From Octopus vulgaris (taxonomy: Eukaryota), in assembly GCA_951406725.2 (NCBI GenBank), contig OX597822.1, positions 110,050,001-110,114,000 on the forward strand: DNA of 64,000 nucleotides, written 5' to 3'. Shown here in pieces: positions 42,779-54,440 of the stretch. Under the pieces are notes generated by a model. The model was not told where the DNA came from, made no database searches, and worked only from the letters and a program-made list of their open reading frames with translations. Every line of letters begins with the position of its first letter. Position 1 is the stretch's first letter. Both the position numbers and the translations under genes were made by a program.

Positions 42779-42828
42779 CGTCTCCGATGAAGGGATATAA
42801 TAAATATCCTGGAAACAACTGTAAGACG
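42779..42828 (+). ncRNA. Minimal type I hammerhead motif in a TA-terminated element (about 42520-42890)
   Basis: CGTCT-CCGATGA-A-GGGATAT(5 nt)ATATCCT-G-GAAAC-AACT-GTA-AGACG. Confidence 0.7.
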
Positions 42829-42907
42829 TTATATTTATATATGTTCTAAAATCTTCAGACCCTTAGTTTTTTATCACATTCTGCAATATATATATATATA
42901 TATATAT

Positions 42908-42963
42908 TCCCGACTATGCAACAGGTTGTACCAGAGTACGTGCTACTAGTAGCTCTGGTGAGC

Positions 42964-43060
<97 letters not shown>

Positions 43061-43100
43061 TAGTAACATTACTCTGGTACAACCTGTAGCATAGTCGGGA
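42908..43100. repeat. 44 bp inverted repeat enclosing (CA)n(TA)n
   Basis: Arms 42908-42951 / 43058-43100. Confidence 0.85.
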
Positions 43101-44229
43101 CAACGGTGTCTAAAGTCCTCCAGTACAGTCATAGGGACTCCATAGAAGATTAGAAACGCAGAACATTCTTGGGAGGATCCTGTCTACAGCAACCAATTGC
43201 ATAAAAAGTATTCTCAGCACCCGAGTAGAGTGTCAGTTAGCCTTAATTAACAGGAATGACAAGCAGAGAAAAAGTTGCCCCGTTTTACATCTGCCCCTGG
43301 GAGAAATTGCTTTTCATTGTCTTGCCGCCCCGCGCCAGGATGTCTTGCGTTATTAATGTTTTTCAGACAGGTATATGTCGCCAAATTTCCTTGCTATAAC
43401 TTTTAAATTTGTTTAGTTTTGTCAAAGACAGAAATGAATATTATTAACTTTCTGTGTGACTGTCGTTTGTGTGAGTATGCGTGCATGTGTGTATGCGTAT
43501 TTCTCTCTCTCTTTCTCCCCCTCTCTTTGTGTGTATTTGCATATGTTTGCGATTTGAACTGTCAGAGCTGAGTTGAGGTGATAATGTCTTTATCTCCAGT
43601 CTTCCATTTCTCTCGGGGGGTTTCACTGTCAAAATAAATTAATTTACAAATGCATTTTAATTATTAGTTGTTTTCTAACAAATTTTGTAGTTCATTATAT
43701 TTTTATTTTCTCCTCCTCTTCTTCAAACAAAAATCCAACAATATAGTTTAATGACTTTTTCTCACATGGAGTGCCTAATCATCAAATCTTTCCACATCTA
43801 TCATAAATTATGCCTAGCAGTTCTTTTAGTATTGTTGGGTGTTAGAATTATCAATGACTTGCATATAATCTGGTGAATTCCAATATTCTTTAACACACCA
43901 CAGTTCGCTTTATAATTATTATTTAGAGTTGCCAACATGCCTTGGTAATAAAGATCAGACTTTCGGATCTCACTGTTAGCGTGACGCTGTATTTGTGGTA
44001 AAAATATACGTAAGTACACCACCCCCAAGTGGAAATAGGGGAAACTGTGTATAATTAAGGGGTTCAGTTTAAACTTTTTGTGTTCAGTTCAAATCGCCCA
44101 ACGAGCAGAAAGAAATCGATGGTTATTCCCAGCTGGACTCAGTATCATTTCGGGATCCCTCCTCATTTTAGGTTGTTTCCTTTCGCCCCTGTTATTTCTT
44201 TTGGTCATCAACTTTGTCATGCGGAGAGC

Positions 44230-45285
44230 CAAAAATGAACAACCTGCCGATTGAGTTTATATCAGACCTATATAAAACACTGCATGTTGTACGAATTCAA
44301 AAATGGTTCTTTAGCTATGGAAGCGGCAATAAACAGTCATTCAGTCGATGCAAATAAAGCTTTAAGTGTTCGGATGCGCCAACGATGGTTTGGAGAGTTC
44401 CGATGAAGAAATGTTTCTTACTCAAATTTCCCTCGATGTGTACGGCCACGTTTGTCAATAATGAGCGTCTGAAAACTGAACTCGAAGAAAATCCAAAGCA
44501 AGCTGTACGAGAATTAGCAGAACAGTTCAATTCAAGTTACATGTCGATCATAAAACATCTTCGGGAACTAGGAAAATGTCTAAATTTAATCAGTGTCTCT
44601 CAACACCTGGCTGCATAATCAAAGAGTTGCCCTCTGCTCGGTATTGAAAATTAAACTTAAAATCACAACTGACAAAAAGTGGGTCCTCTATAATCCTGTC
44701 CAATGAAAGGTGAGAATAGTTAGCACCTGATGAAAAAGAGGAATCCACCCCCAAGCCAGGAATCCACTCGAAAAACGTTATGTTCTTTTTTGGGGGAAAT
44801 GAGAAGTGTCTTCTATCGTAAAGTGTTAAACCAAAACGAAACAGTTAATGCGGAGAAATATCGCCGAGTACTGCACAAAATTTGCATAAAAAGCACCCAT
44901 CATTGGTCAACCGTAAAGGGAGGCGGCTCTTACACGATAATGCAACACCACATATTGCCCAAGTCACTCAGGGAAAAAAATTATGGTACTAAATGAGGGA
45001 ATTTGCTTCCATCCACCTGACCGTCATCTTTCTAGGTCATTGCAACACTATTTAGAAGGAAACAGTTTAATAACTGAGAAGAGTTTTTAAAATGATATTA
45101 AGTGTTTTTTTGCTTCTTCGAAATACGAAATATTTTACATCTGAGGGATCAACGATTTGTCGTATAGATGAAAAAATGTGTTCTCTATAATAAGAGGAAG
45201 TTTTATCTGGATGAAATATAGCAATTAAGATCAAAGAATTTGTTTCTTTTTCCATTCTGAAATGCGACAAGACTTTCAAGTTTAA
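44230..45285 (+). mobile_element. Heavily decayed mariner
   Basis: LKTELEENPKQAVRELAEQF, ITTDKKWVLY, LHDNATPH, HLSRSLQH motifs. Confidence 0.75.
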
Positions 45286-45319
45286 CGCACGCACGCACAC
45301 ACACGCACACACAAACACA

Positions 45320-45320
<1 letters not shown>

Positions 45321-45402
<82 letters not shown>
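45321..45402. repeat. (ATCT)n microsatellite
   Basis: Direct reading. Confidence 0.95.
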
Positions 45403-46660
45403 AGATAGAGTACATGTATATCTGACTACGTATCTACAGACAAGAAGAGCAAAACTATACCCAATACCAAAAAGATAGTATTACTTATAACAGCAACAAC
45501 TGACACCTCTCGCCTAGTTATTCAAATTTCACGTTTCCAGTTATTCATTTGAATACGAAATGTCGTGCATATACGTGATTCATTATTTAGATTATACAAG
45601 AAGTGTGTAGAGAAAAGTCTCTGGGTAAAAAGAACTGACAAAATAGTACTAAAGAAAAGAAAAAAACACTTGCAATTTTTCGTAATGGGCCAGGTGTGTA
45701 TGTGTAAAGGGGTGGGTTTAGTATGTTTAGGGGCTGATTGTCATTTGGAATAAAAACTAAAACTGAAAGAGAAGGATAAGTTGTAAGTCTATAAATTGCG
45801 CAATCAAGGGTTTACTCCGGCCATGTATAATTTCATTCGTGGATTCATGTTTGTTCTGGTCACATATTTCAGAGAAATTTCCAGGTGTTTAATAATTACA
45901 GGTGAGTTGTACTCACACAAATGCATTCATATCTGTGGAGAATAAATAAAATGATATGCAATCGTTCCTTGTGTTGGCGCTGGGGTAATAACATTGAAGG
46001 GGAAGAAGTAAGTGGAGACTATCGACCCCAGTATTTAACTGGTACTTTACTTTTATCGATCTTGAAGGATGAAAAGCAAAGTTGGCGAATTAATTTGTGC
46101 ATATATTGTAATTTTTCTGGTCGGCCTTCAGTGCACTTCTTAATCTTAATACTTTACGGAATTTAGGGAATATGGAAGATTTTTTTTTCTCGGAATTGAT
46201 CTGTTTTCTTTTTGTTTTTTTTTTTGTTTGTTGAAATTTCGAAGAGTAAAAAGACGATCGTATCGTGTTGTGCGGACGCCCCCAGACGATGAAATAGGCT
46301 AGCCCAATACGTAGAGTAGCAGTAGAGAGTAGCAGAGAACACAGTTGAGTAGCAGTCAGCAGAGTAGAGAAGAGTTGAGTAGAAGTCATCGGAACGTGCG
46401 ACATAACATATCGACATAAACTACCGAAAATAAAAGAGAATCTCTCCTGAAATAATTGTAATACAATTGCTCCAGGCCACAATATTTTGGTTCCATCAGA
46501 GAGCTTTTGAAAATTCTTGATGTTCTCGAAACTTAACGCTTTATTATGACGAATGGCGAATACCCCGTTTTAGAAAGGTTGAAGACGAGAAATAGCGAGA
46601 GGATATTTATTAGCTTTTACCTCATAATTATTTTTCAAAGAAATACATCTCCCATCGAAT

Positions 46661-47070
46661 CTCTTTACTCTTTTACTTGTTTCAGTCATTTGACTGCGGT
46701 CATGCTGGAGCACCGCCTTTAGTCAAACAAATCGATCCCAGGACTTATTCTTTGTAAGCCTAGTACTTATTCTATCGGTCTCATTTGCCGAACCGCTAAG
46801 TTACGGGCACGTAAACACACCACCGTCGGTTGTCAAGCGATGCTAGGTGGACAAACACAGACACACAAACGTACACGCACACATATATATATATATATAC
46901 ATATATACGACGGGCTTCTTTCAGTTTCCGTCTACCAAATCCACTCACAAAGCTTTGGTCGGCCCGAGGCTATAGTAGAAGACACTTGCGCAAGGTGCCA
47001 CGCAGTGGGACTGAACCCGGAACCATGTGGTTGGTAAGCAAGCTACTTACGACACAGCTACTCGTACGCC
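46661..47070 (-). mobile_element. SINE family A
   Basis: Homology to 3150-3555. Confidence 0.9.
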
Positions 47071-47638
47071 TTCTTTAATGAAGTTTTCTGCATTATGGGT
47101 CGAGAGTCATTAGTGAGAAAAACACTTGAATTGGCTACATTTTGTTCAGCATCAAATTGGCTAAAGAGGGCCGAGCAGTGAAGTAAAAACTGTATTAGTG
47201 TTAAGGTTGTTAAGTGGCCAGTAACAACAACCACTTACTGATAAAGGGCATACTGGTATAAGAGTGAAATTTATTATATGTAAGAATTAACTGCGGCATT
47301 TTTTTTCATTTATGATGGCGTCTTCAAATAGCAAGCAAAATACAGAGTACGCAGGCATTAATACATGAAAAATTCTATAAAACGTATGAATGCCTAGAAA
47401 TGTATTTATTTGAAATGAGTTTAATAATTTGGGCTTGCTGTTAGATTGTGGGGGTAAATTAAAATTTAGTTTTTGAAGTTGAAGAAGTTTTCAAATAGAT
47501 GTATAAAAGGGAATATAAATAGTGGTTTGTTCAGTGTAAGGAGAATAACGCTGTATCCTCATACCATGATAAACTTAGCACTACCTTAAGTAGTGAGTCT
47601 TGCATCCAACAAACGCTTGCTTTTAACACTTAACAACC

Positions 47639-47703
<65 letters not shown>

Positions 47704-47739
47704 TCACACACACACAAATATATACATATGCACACATTA

Positions 47740-47970
47740 GGCAGCGAGCTGGTAGAAACGTTAGCACGCCGGGCGAAATTCGTAACAGTATTTCGTCTGT
47801 CGTTACGTTCCGAGTTCAAATTCCGCCGAAGTCGACTTTGCCTTTCATCCTTTCGGGGTCGATAAATTAAGTACCAGTTGCGCACTGGGGCCGATATAAT
47901 CGACTTAATCCCTTTGTCTGTCCTTGTTTGCCCCTCTATGTTTAGCCCGTTGTGGGTAGTAAAGAAATAT
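47740..47970 (+). mobile_element. SINE family B
   Basis: GGCAGCGAGCTGG head to AAAGAAATA end. Confidence 0.9.
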
Positions 47971-48159
47971 ATATACATATGTACACATGTATATATATGT
48001 ATATACCTATATGTTTATATATATATATGTGTGTATATATATATATATATGTATCTATATAATTGTATGTATGTATGTATGTGTGTAATTATATTTATAT
48101 TTACGTACATAGATACATATATACCAATATATCTATATATCTATATATCTGCGCGCGTG

Positions 48160-48204
<45 letters not shown>

Positions 48205-48794
48205 ACAATAAGTAGAGTGTATTCAAATTTCAAAAATGAAGTATTAGATTCTGCAAACATAGGTGGAAGATTAAAAAAGTGCTGCAATAAACACATCAAC
48301 CAAAATTTTTAAGTTGTTTTTTTTTTCCCTATGAACATCGACAATAGAAAATAGCTGAACATTGTATATTTGGCTGTTACTGTGGGCAGAAAAACACAAA
48401 AATAAAATGGGAATCCGAACTGGAACAAAATCCTGTTGAATAATCACGTCTGTGGAAGATAAAGGGACTGAAATCTACAAACAATTTCCTGAATAATTCT
48501 GCGATAAAATCAATTCAATGGTTCATTACTCTGATAGAAAGATCATGAAGAAAGAAAAAATTCGGATTGGGAAAAAGAGAAAGACCGAAAAAACGATCGA
48601 TTCATCGATCAGTTGATTGATATTTTCCAACTGACACTCAAAACTGTTTTATTTAAGATATTGATGTAATCTATTATTTATTCGATACTCAACCACCAAG
48701 CTCCGTTATTGTTATTGTCCAAACACACTGAGTTTAAACCATGATTTAAGTAAAAGTAAGGATGTTTCGTACATACACACATACATACATATAT

Positions 48795-49007
48795 AGTCAC
48801 CATGATAGATCGTTAGGCACCACACACATTTTTTCTCTCTTTTTTTTTCTCTGCTTCTCTCCTTGTTTTATACTGTGTCCCTTTCTGTAGAAGAGCATAG
48901 GCTCGAAACGTAAAAGACTTTTTCTATTCCTGAGCGTTATACTAATACATCTGTTTGTTTTGTACACCACCTGTCTTCGTCTTTTGTTTTTTTCGTAAAC
49001 TCTCCCT
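48795..49007 (+). mobile_element. Short TA-terminated element with hammerhead-like motif (48881-48916)
   Basis: CTTT-CTGTAGA-A-GAGC(ATAG)GCTC-GAAAC-GTA-AAAG; second copy at 61445-61583. Confidence 0.65.
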
Positions 49008-49010
49008 ATA

Positions 49011-49080
<70 letters not shown>

Positions 49081-49086
<6 letters not shown>

Positions 49087-49666
49087 TAAAGTCAATATCC
49101 ATTCGAGTAATCCAGTAGTACTCATAAAAAAGCTCCTTTATGATATTTCGAGCAAAACGCCCGTCTCCGTCCAATGGACGGTGCTGAGTTGTCAAACATT
49201 AAAACCAAATTTTCTCATAACAACTTGTCTGACCGTCCCATAGACCTCCTCTTTGAGAAACACTGATTTTACCTAAATTTGAGACACCAGCGAAAGAAGA
49301 AATAAAGATAGACTTTTTCTATTCCAAATAGGAACGATTTTATTCACACAAATATGCAACCGAAGAGTTTAAAGTACCAGTAAGTACTTCCCAACAGCTG
49401 ATGTACTTGCGCATGCAAATGCACGTTCCCACGGTTTTATCGATCGCATTGTCACCTGGAATCGATTTTTGTAATTTTTTCAAGACTTATACACGCCCTG
49501 ATACCGTTGGTATCTACATATAAAATTTGAGCGCAATCGGATGGAGGATGACCGAGATTCTAGAAGACACACAAACAGAACAGATTTTATATAATAGCTA
49601 TATGCATATATAAAGTCAATATTCATTCGAGTAATCCAGTAGTACTCATAAAAAAGCTCCTTTATG
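49081..49666. repeat. 62 bp direct repeats flanking composite TE debris
   Basis: 49081-49142 = 49605-49666 with 1 mismatch. Confidence 0.85.
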
Positions 49667-49905
49667 TATTATTCTACAAAACATAGAATATATCATACGA
49701 TAGAAGAGAAAACGATAAGGAGTATAAAGTCACAAATGACAAATTATTTCGTAATATAAAAACATGTAAATAATTTATATTATTATATTTAATAATAAAT
49801 AAATTACTTACATGCCTGCATTAATGCAAATGTTTTTAAAAAATCATCAAAATAACGCAGACCTTAAGTAATTTATTATTAAATAGAATAATATAAATTA
49901 TTTGC

Positions 49906-49942
<37 letters not shown>

Positions 49943-49943
49943 C

Positions 49944-49974
<31 letters not shown>

Positions 49975-49979
49975 GACTA

Positions 49980-50044
<65 letters not shown>

Positions 50045-50050
50045 TATATA

Positions 50051-51895
50051 CTTTGATACTTTGATACTTTGATAGGTTTCGGCCATTATTGGCCCAGGCC
50101 ATGTCTAACTTAATAGCACCACCTGATGAAGTCTTTCAAGTCAGAATTTGGGCACTATGGCCCACTCAAGTACAGAGTTATTGTTTACAGAGACATATCC
50201 GGGTGTAGGGGGTTTATCCGGGATTTCTTGAAGGAATCTGTACAAAGACTTCTTGAACCCTATAGGGTCAGTTTCTGTTTTAATGTGTTTTGGTGCAATT
50301 CTAAAGAGAGCGGGGCCAATTGAGGTGAAATAATTGTGCCGTATTGTTGTTATGAGATGAGAGTGCGATTTTTGTTTTGGGCGGATGGCACGGGGCCCAA
50401 GCCTTGGATGTACCTTAAAGGTGATGCCAACATCATTTGGGCAATGCTGATGGAATATTTTCCACATCATGCAGATGATGTAGCGCTCACGACGACGTTG
50501 GAGAGAATAGAGTTTTAGCTTTTCTAGTCGACCCCAATAGTCGAGGCCTGTCATGCCATCTATCTTTTTTGTGATTGCCCTTTGAGGTGCTTCAACTTTT
50601 ATGATACCTTGTATTGTGTGGGGAGACCACAGTGGACAACAGTATTCAAGGTGGGGTCGGGCAAAAGTGGAGAAGAGAAGGATAATGGTGTGGATATCTC
50701 TCGACTGGAAAGTTCTGAGAATCCAGGAACACATTCTGCGGGCTATGTCAACTTTGGTGTTTATATGAGTGGCCCAGCTTATGTTGTTGTCCACAATTAC
50801 TCCCAAGTCTCTGATGTTGTTGGACGCCGCGAGAGATTCACCTGAAGGAAGGGAGTATGGGAGTTTCAGGGCATCCTCTTTTCCAAAGTGGATTAGCTCA
50901 AATTTATCCTCGTTCAGCAGCATATTGTTTTTTTCTGCCCATTGGATAATAGCCAGTAGATCTGACTGAAGGCATGTCCGGTCACTCGCCTCATTTATGA
51001 CCTTCTGTAGCTTGGAGTCATCTGCAAAGATTTTTATGTTGCTGTGCTTGATGATGTCATTAATGTCATTAATGTAAATGATGAAAAGAAGTGGGCCCAG
51101 CACAGTGCCTTGCGGAACGCCACTACTGACTTTGGCTGGGCTTGATTTTACCCCTTCAACTACAACATGTTGAGATCTGTCTGTCAGGAAACACTTGATC
51201 CATTTCAGTAACTTTCCAGAGACACCAATGTTGGATAGGTTTTTTCAATAGGATCTTGTGATCGACCCTGTCGAAGGCCTTACTGAAATCAAGGTAGATG
51301 ACATCGGTGTTGGAGCCCTCTCCCAAAGCTCTCAAAATGTCCTCAAAGTGATGCAGGGGCTGCGTTAGGCAGTCCCTTCCATTACGGAACCCATATTGGT
51401 TGGAGATCAGCCGTCTGTTGCTTTCCAGAAATTGGGTTATTCGAGATCTCACCACCCTCTCAAATACCTTGATGATATGAGAGGTGAGTGAGATCGGACG
51501 GTAATTCACTGCAAGGGACTTGTTTCCCTTTTTGAAAACTGGGACAACAGACTGGGACAGAAGGTTTTTTTGGAATATAGCCAGCATCCAGTGAGTTTCT
51601 CCACAGATTAGCAAGGGGAGATGCAAGTTGGTGTCGACACACCTTCAGGACACAAGCAGGGAACCTATCGGGGCCTACTGCTGAATTGTGTTTTATTTCG
51701 TTTATCGCCCCTAAGACATCAGGGGCACTAAACGTTATGTCCGATATAGTGTGTTGGGGGTTGACATCACTGATACAGCCCAGATCGGCCATATCAGGAT
51801 TGCTGAAAACAGAGCAGTATTGTTTCTGCAGTATCGCGGCCATGGATTTGGCATTATCTTGGAGAGTGCCAGTTTCGTCAATTAGAGGGCCTAAT
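50051..51895 (-). mobile_element. 5'-truncated CR1/L2-group LINE, RT region, frameshifted
   Basis: NYRPISLTS, QYGFR, YLDFSKAFDRVDH, LGPLLFIIYIND, FADDSKL, RPHLEYCCPLWSP; (TATCAAAG)3 tail; flanked by (TA)n. Confidence 0.92.
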
Positions 51896-51927
51896 TTGGC
51901 CCTCTAATTGGGCCGTCAATTAGAGGG

Positions 51928-51979
<52 letters not shown>

Positions 51980-52036
51980 TATAAATATATATATATGAAT
52001 ATATAAATATATATATATAAATATATATATATATAA

Positions 52037-52109
<73 letters not shown>

Positions 52110-52273
52110 ATAAATTGAGTTGAACGAAAATGTTATCAAAATTCTTTTACTTTCGGGTTTCTACCTTTGAATAGGTCGCTTCATCCGTGTTACTTGCGTT
52201 AATTTTGCTACCCTGGTAACTGTTTATTGAATTGTCCATGTTAACAGTAAACAAAGGATAATTCATTCATCCA

Positions 52274-52329
<56 letters not shown>

Positions 52330-52331
<2 letters not shown>

Positions 52332-52540
52332 AAGTTAATCCAAACAAGAAAACACAAAAAAAACACAACAACGTGAGAACGTGGAACAAATATAGTATTA
52401 TTGGACGCCCAGGAAAGAAGGGAAGAAGGAGGGCATAACGTTTCGAGCGGAGCTCTTCGCCGGAAACATAGGAGAAGAAAAGATCCAGAGAAGGGAAACA
52501 GGAAAAAAAACCGTCAATGATACACACGAGGTCACATTTT
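52330..52540 (-). mobile_element. Short TA-terminated element with decayed hammerhead motif (52431-52468)
   Basis: Minus strand GTTT-CCGGCGA-A-GAGC(TCC)GCTC-GAAAC-GTT; flanks resemble the 48795 family. Confidence 0.55.
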
Positions 52541-52599
52541 GAAACAAAGCTAAAGCACGCAAAGGAATATTGCCTTGAACTCTGTTGTGCATGTGCACT

Positions 52600-52985
52600 A
52601 AGTTATAAACGTTCTAGCTCACTTCTGCTGTTTACAGTAGTGCTTAGACGGAACATGTGTAGCGTGTGATCGTCGCATTGAGCATGACAGAGAAATTTGA
52701 GCAGAGAATCTGCATCAAATTTTGTCAAAAGCTTGGCGATATCTGCTCAGAGGCCTACGCAAAGTTTTCAAAAAAGTTTTCATCGTTCACAGCACAATCA
52801 AAGAGATCTTGTGTTACTGAAACCCGAGTGTCTTTTTGATCTGCTGAAAGCAGTTTTGGAACAAACTTGGCAGACATGTGACTCATACCCAAATCTTCAG
52901 TGATAATTGACTGAACTGAACCGTAACAAATCTGCACATCCTCTGATGACTCACGGATGGCTGTTCGACGATTTCACCTCGATTA
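52600..52985. mobile_element. Mariner fragment with internal inversion
   Basis: + strand EQRICIKFCQKLG up to about 52765, then - strand ITEDLGMSHMSAKFVPKLL. Confidence 0.7.
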
Positions 52986-52996
52986 CACATACACAA

Positions 52997-53032
<36 letters not shown>

Positions 53033-53059
53033 GCACACACACATAGATATATATATATA

Positions 53060-53955
53060 TACGAGGGGCTACTGAAAAGTAATCGGAAACCTGCTGTGTG
53101 GGACAAATTGGTTGTTGTTCAGGCTTCCGCCGCCAGAAGCCACTTGATACGACTTTCAGGCATCAGCCTACTGACCGGCGTCGTCGGCTGGAGTCGTACT
53201 ACCACGTGGTGTGTCATTGTTTTGCAGTCTTCTCCCCCGTTCGTCGATTTTTGCGATGGCTGGAACCAAGGAACAGCGTGCTTCCGCGAAATTCTGTTTT
53301 CTGATGGGGCAATCGGCGGTTGAAAAAGTTGTCATGCTTCAAACAGCGTACAAGGACACCGGCATGAGCAAAACATAGGTTTACAAGTGGTTTCCGCGCT
53401 TTAGGAATTGTCACTTGTCGCTTGAAGTCCAACCTCGTTCGGGACGACCGTCGCGACTCCCGAACGAATGAAAACATCATGAACATTCATGAATTTATCA
53501 TGGAGAGCCGTCACCGAACAACTGACAAATCTGTCGCGATATGACTGGTGTGTCTTGGAGCTCCTGCCAACGAATTTTGAGCGAGGAATTGCGAATGAAA
53601 AGAGTTGCAGCAAAATTTGTGCCTCGCTTGTTCATGGAAGATCAAAAGCAGTCACGATTGAATGCGTATCGTGAATTGAAAGAACAGTTGGAAGTTAATC
53701 CAGATCTTTCCTCGAAGGCCATCACTGGTGACAAATGCTGGTACTACCGAATTTGCAGATGTGAAAGAGCGAAGAATAAAAATTAACGTAGGCGTTAAAA
53801 GGCATCGCTTCACCAGAGCTGAAGCACTGCTGCAAATACTGGAAACCACGACTGAACCAATGCATTGCTTCAAATGGAGAATAATTTGAAGGCGATAAAC
53901 TAAGTGAATAAAATGATATTGTAAAAGTTCGGTTTCTTCTGGGTACTCTCTCGTA
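53060..53955 (+). mobile_element. Internally deleted mariner-like element with both TIRs
   Basis: TACGAGGGG... / ...CTCTCGTA ends; KRVAAKFVPRL, ITGDKCW. Confidence 0.8.
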
Positions 53956-54019
53956 TATATATCTATCTATATATGTGTGTGTGTGCATATATATTTGTGT
54001 ATGTATGTATGTATGTATG

Positions 54020-54108
<89 letters not shown>

Positions 54109-54169
54109 TTGTTCAGAATGAGATAAAAATCCAAGGCTGCGAAGATTTTAGAACATTTATAAATAGAAG

Positions 54170-54217
54170 GTCTTACAGCTGTTTCCGAGATATTTATTAA
54201 ATCCCTTCATCGGAGAC
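54170..54217 (-). ncRNA. Minimal type I hammerhead motif, same family as 42779
   Basis: GTCT-CCGATGA-A-GGGATTT..ATATCTC-G-GAAAC-AGCT-GTA-AGAC; palindrome ACAGCTGT. Confidence 0.7.
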
Positions 54218-54372
54218 GAAGTATTGAGTTTGTATATATACACACATACATGCACACACACACACACACACTTTTTCTCTCTTGCTCTCTCTCTCTCTCT
54301 CTCTCTCTCTCGCACACACACAGACACATGTATATGTATATACATACATACATTTTAAACTCGTTATCCTAT

Positions 54373-54440
54373 TCTTCTGACGAGGTTTCATGCTTCTGGG
54401 AACACCTTAATACCAGAAATGCATTTGTAACAATAAAAGA
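54373..54440 (+). ncRNA. Decayed hammerhead-like motif with long stem II
   Basis: TCTT-CTGACGA...ATGCTTCTGG/CCAGAAATGCAT...GTAAC-AA-TA-AAAGA. Confidence 0.35.

Noticed and set aside
46310-46385. Degenerate (AGTAG)n tract within a 130 aa ORF
   Set aside because: Low-complexity repeat explains the open frame.
50123-50145. CTGATGA/CTGACGA hits at 50123, 44727, 52944, 22231 and 15958 as hammerheads
   Set aside because: No stem II followed by GAAA and UH; most lie within transposon coding or UTR sequence.
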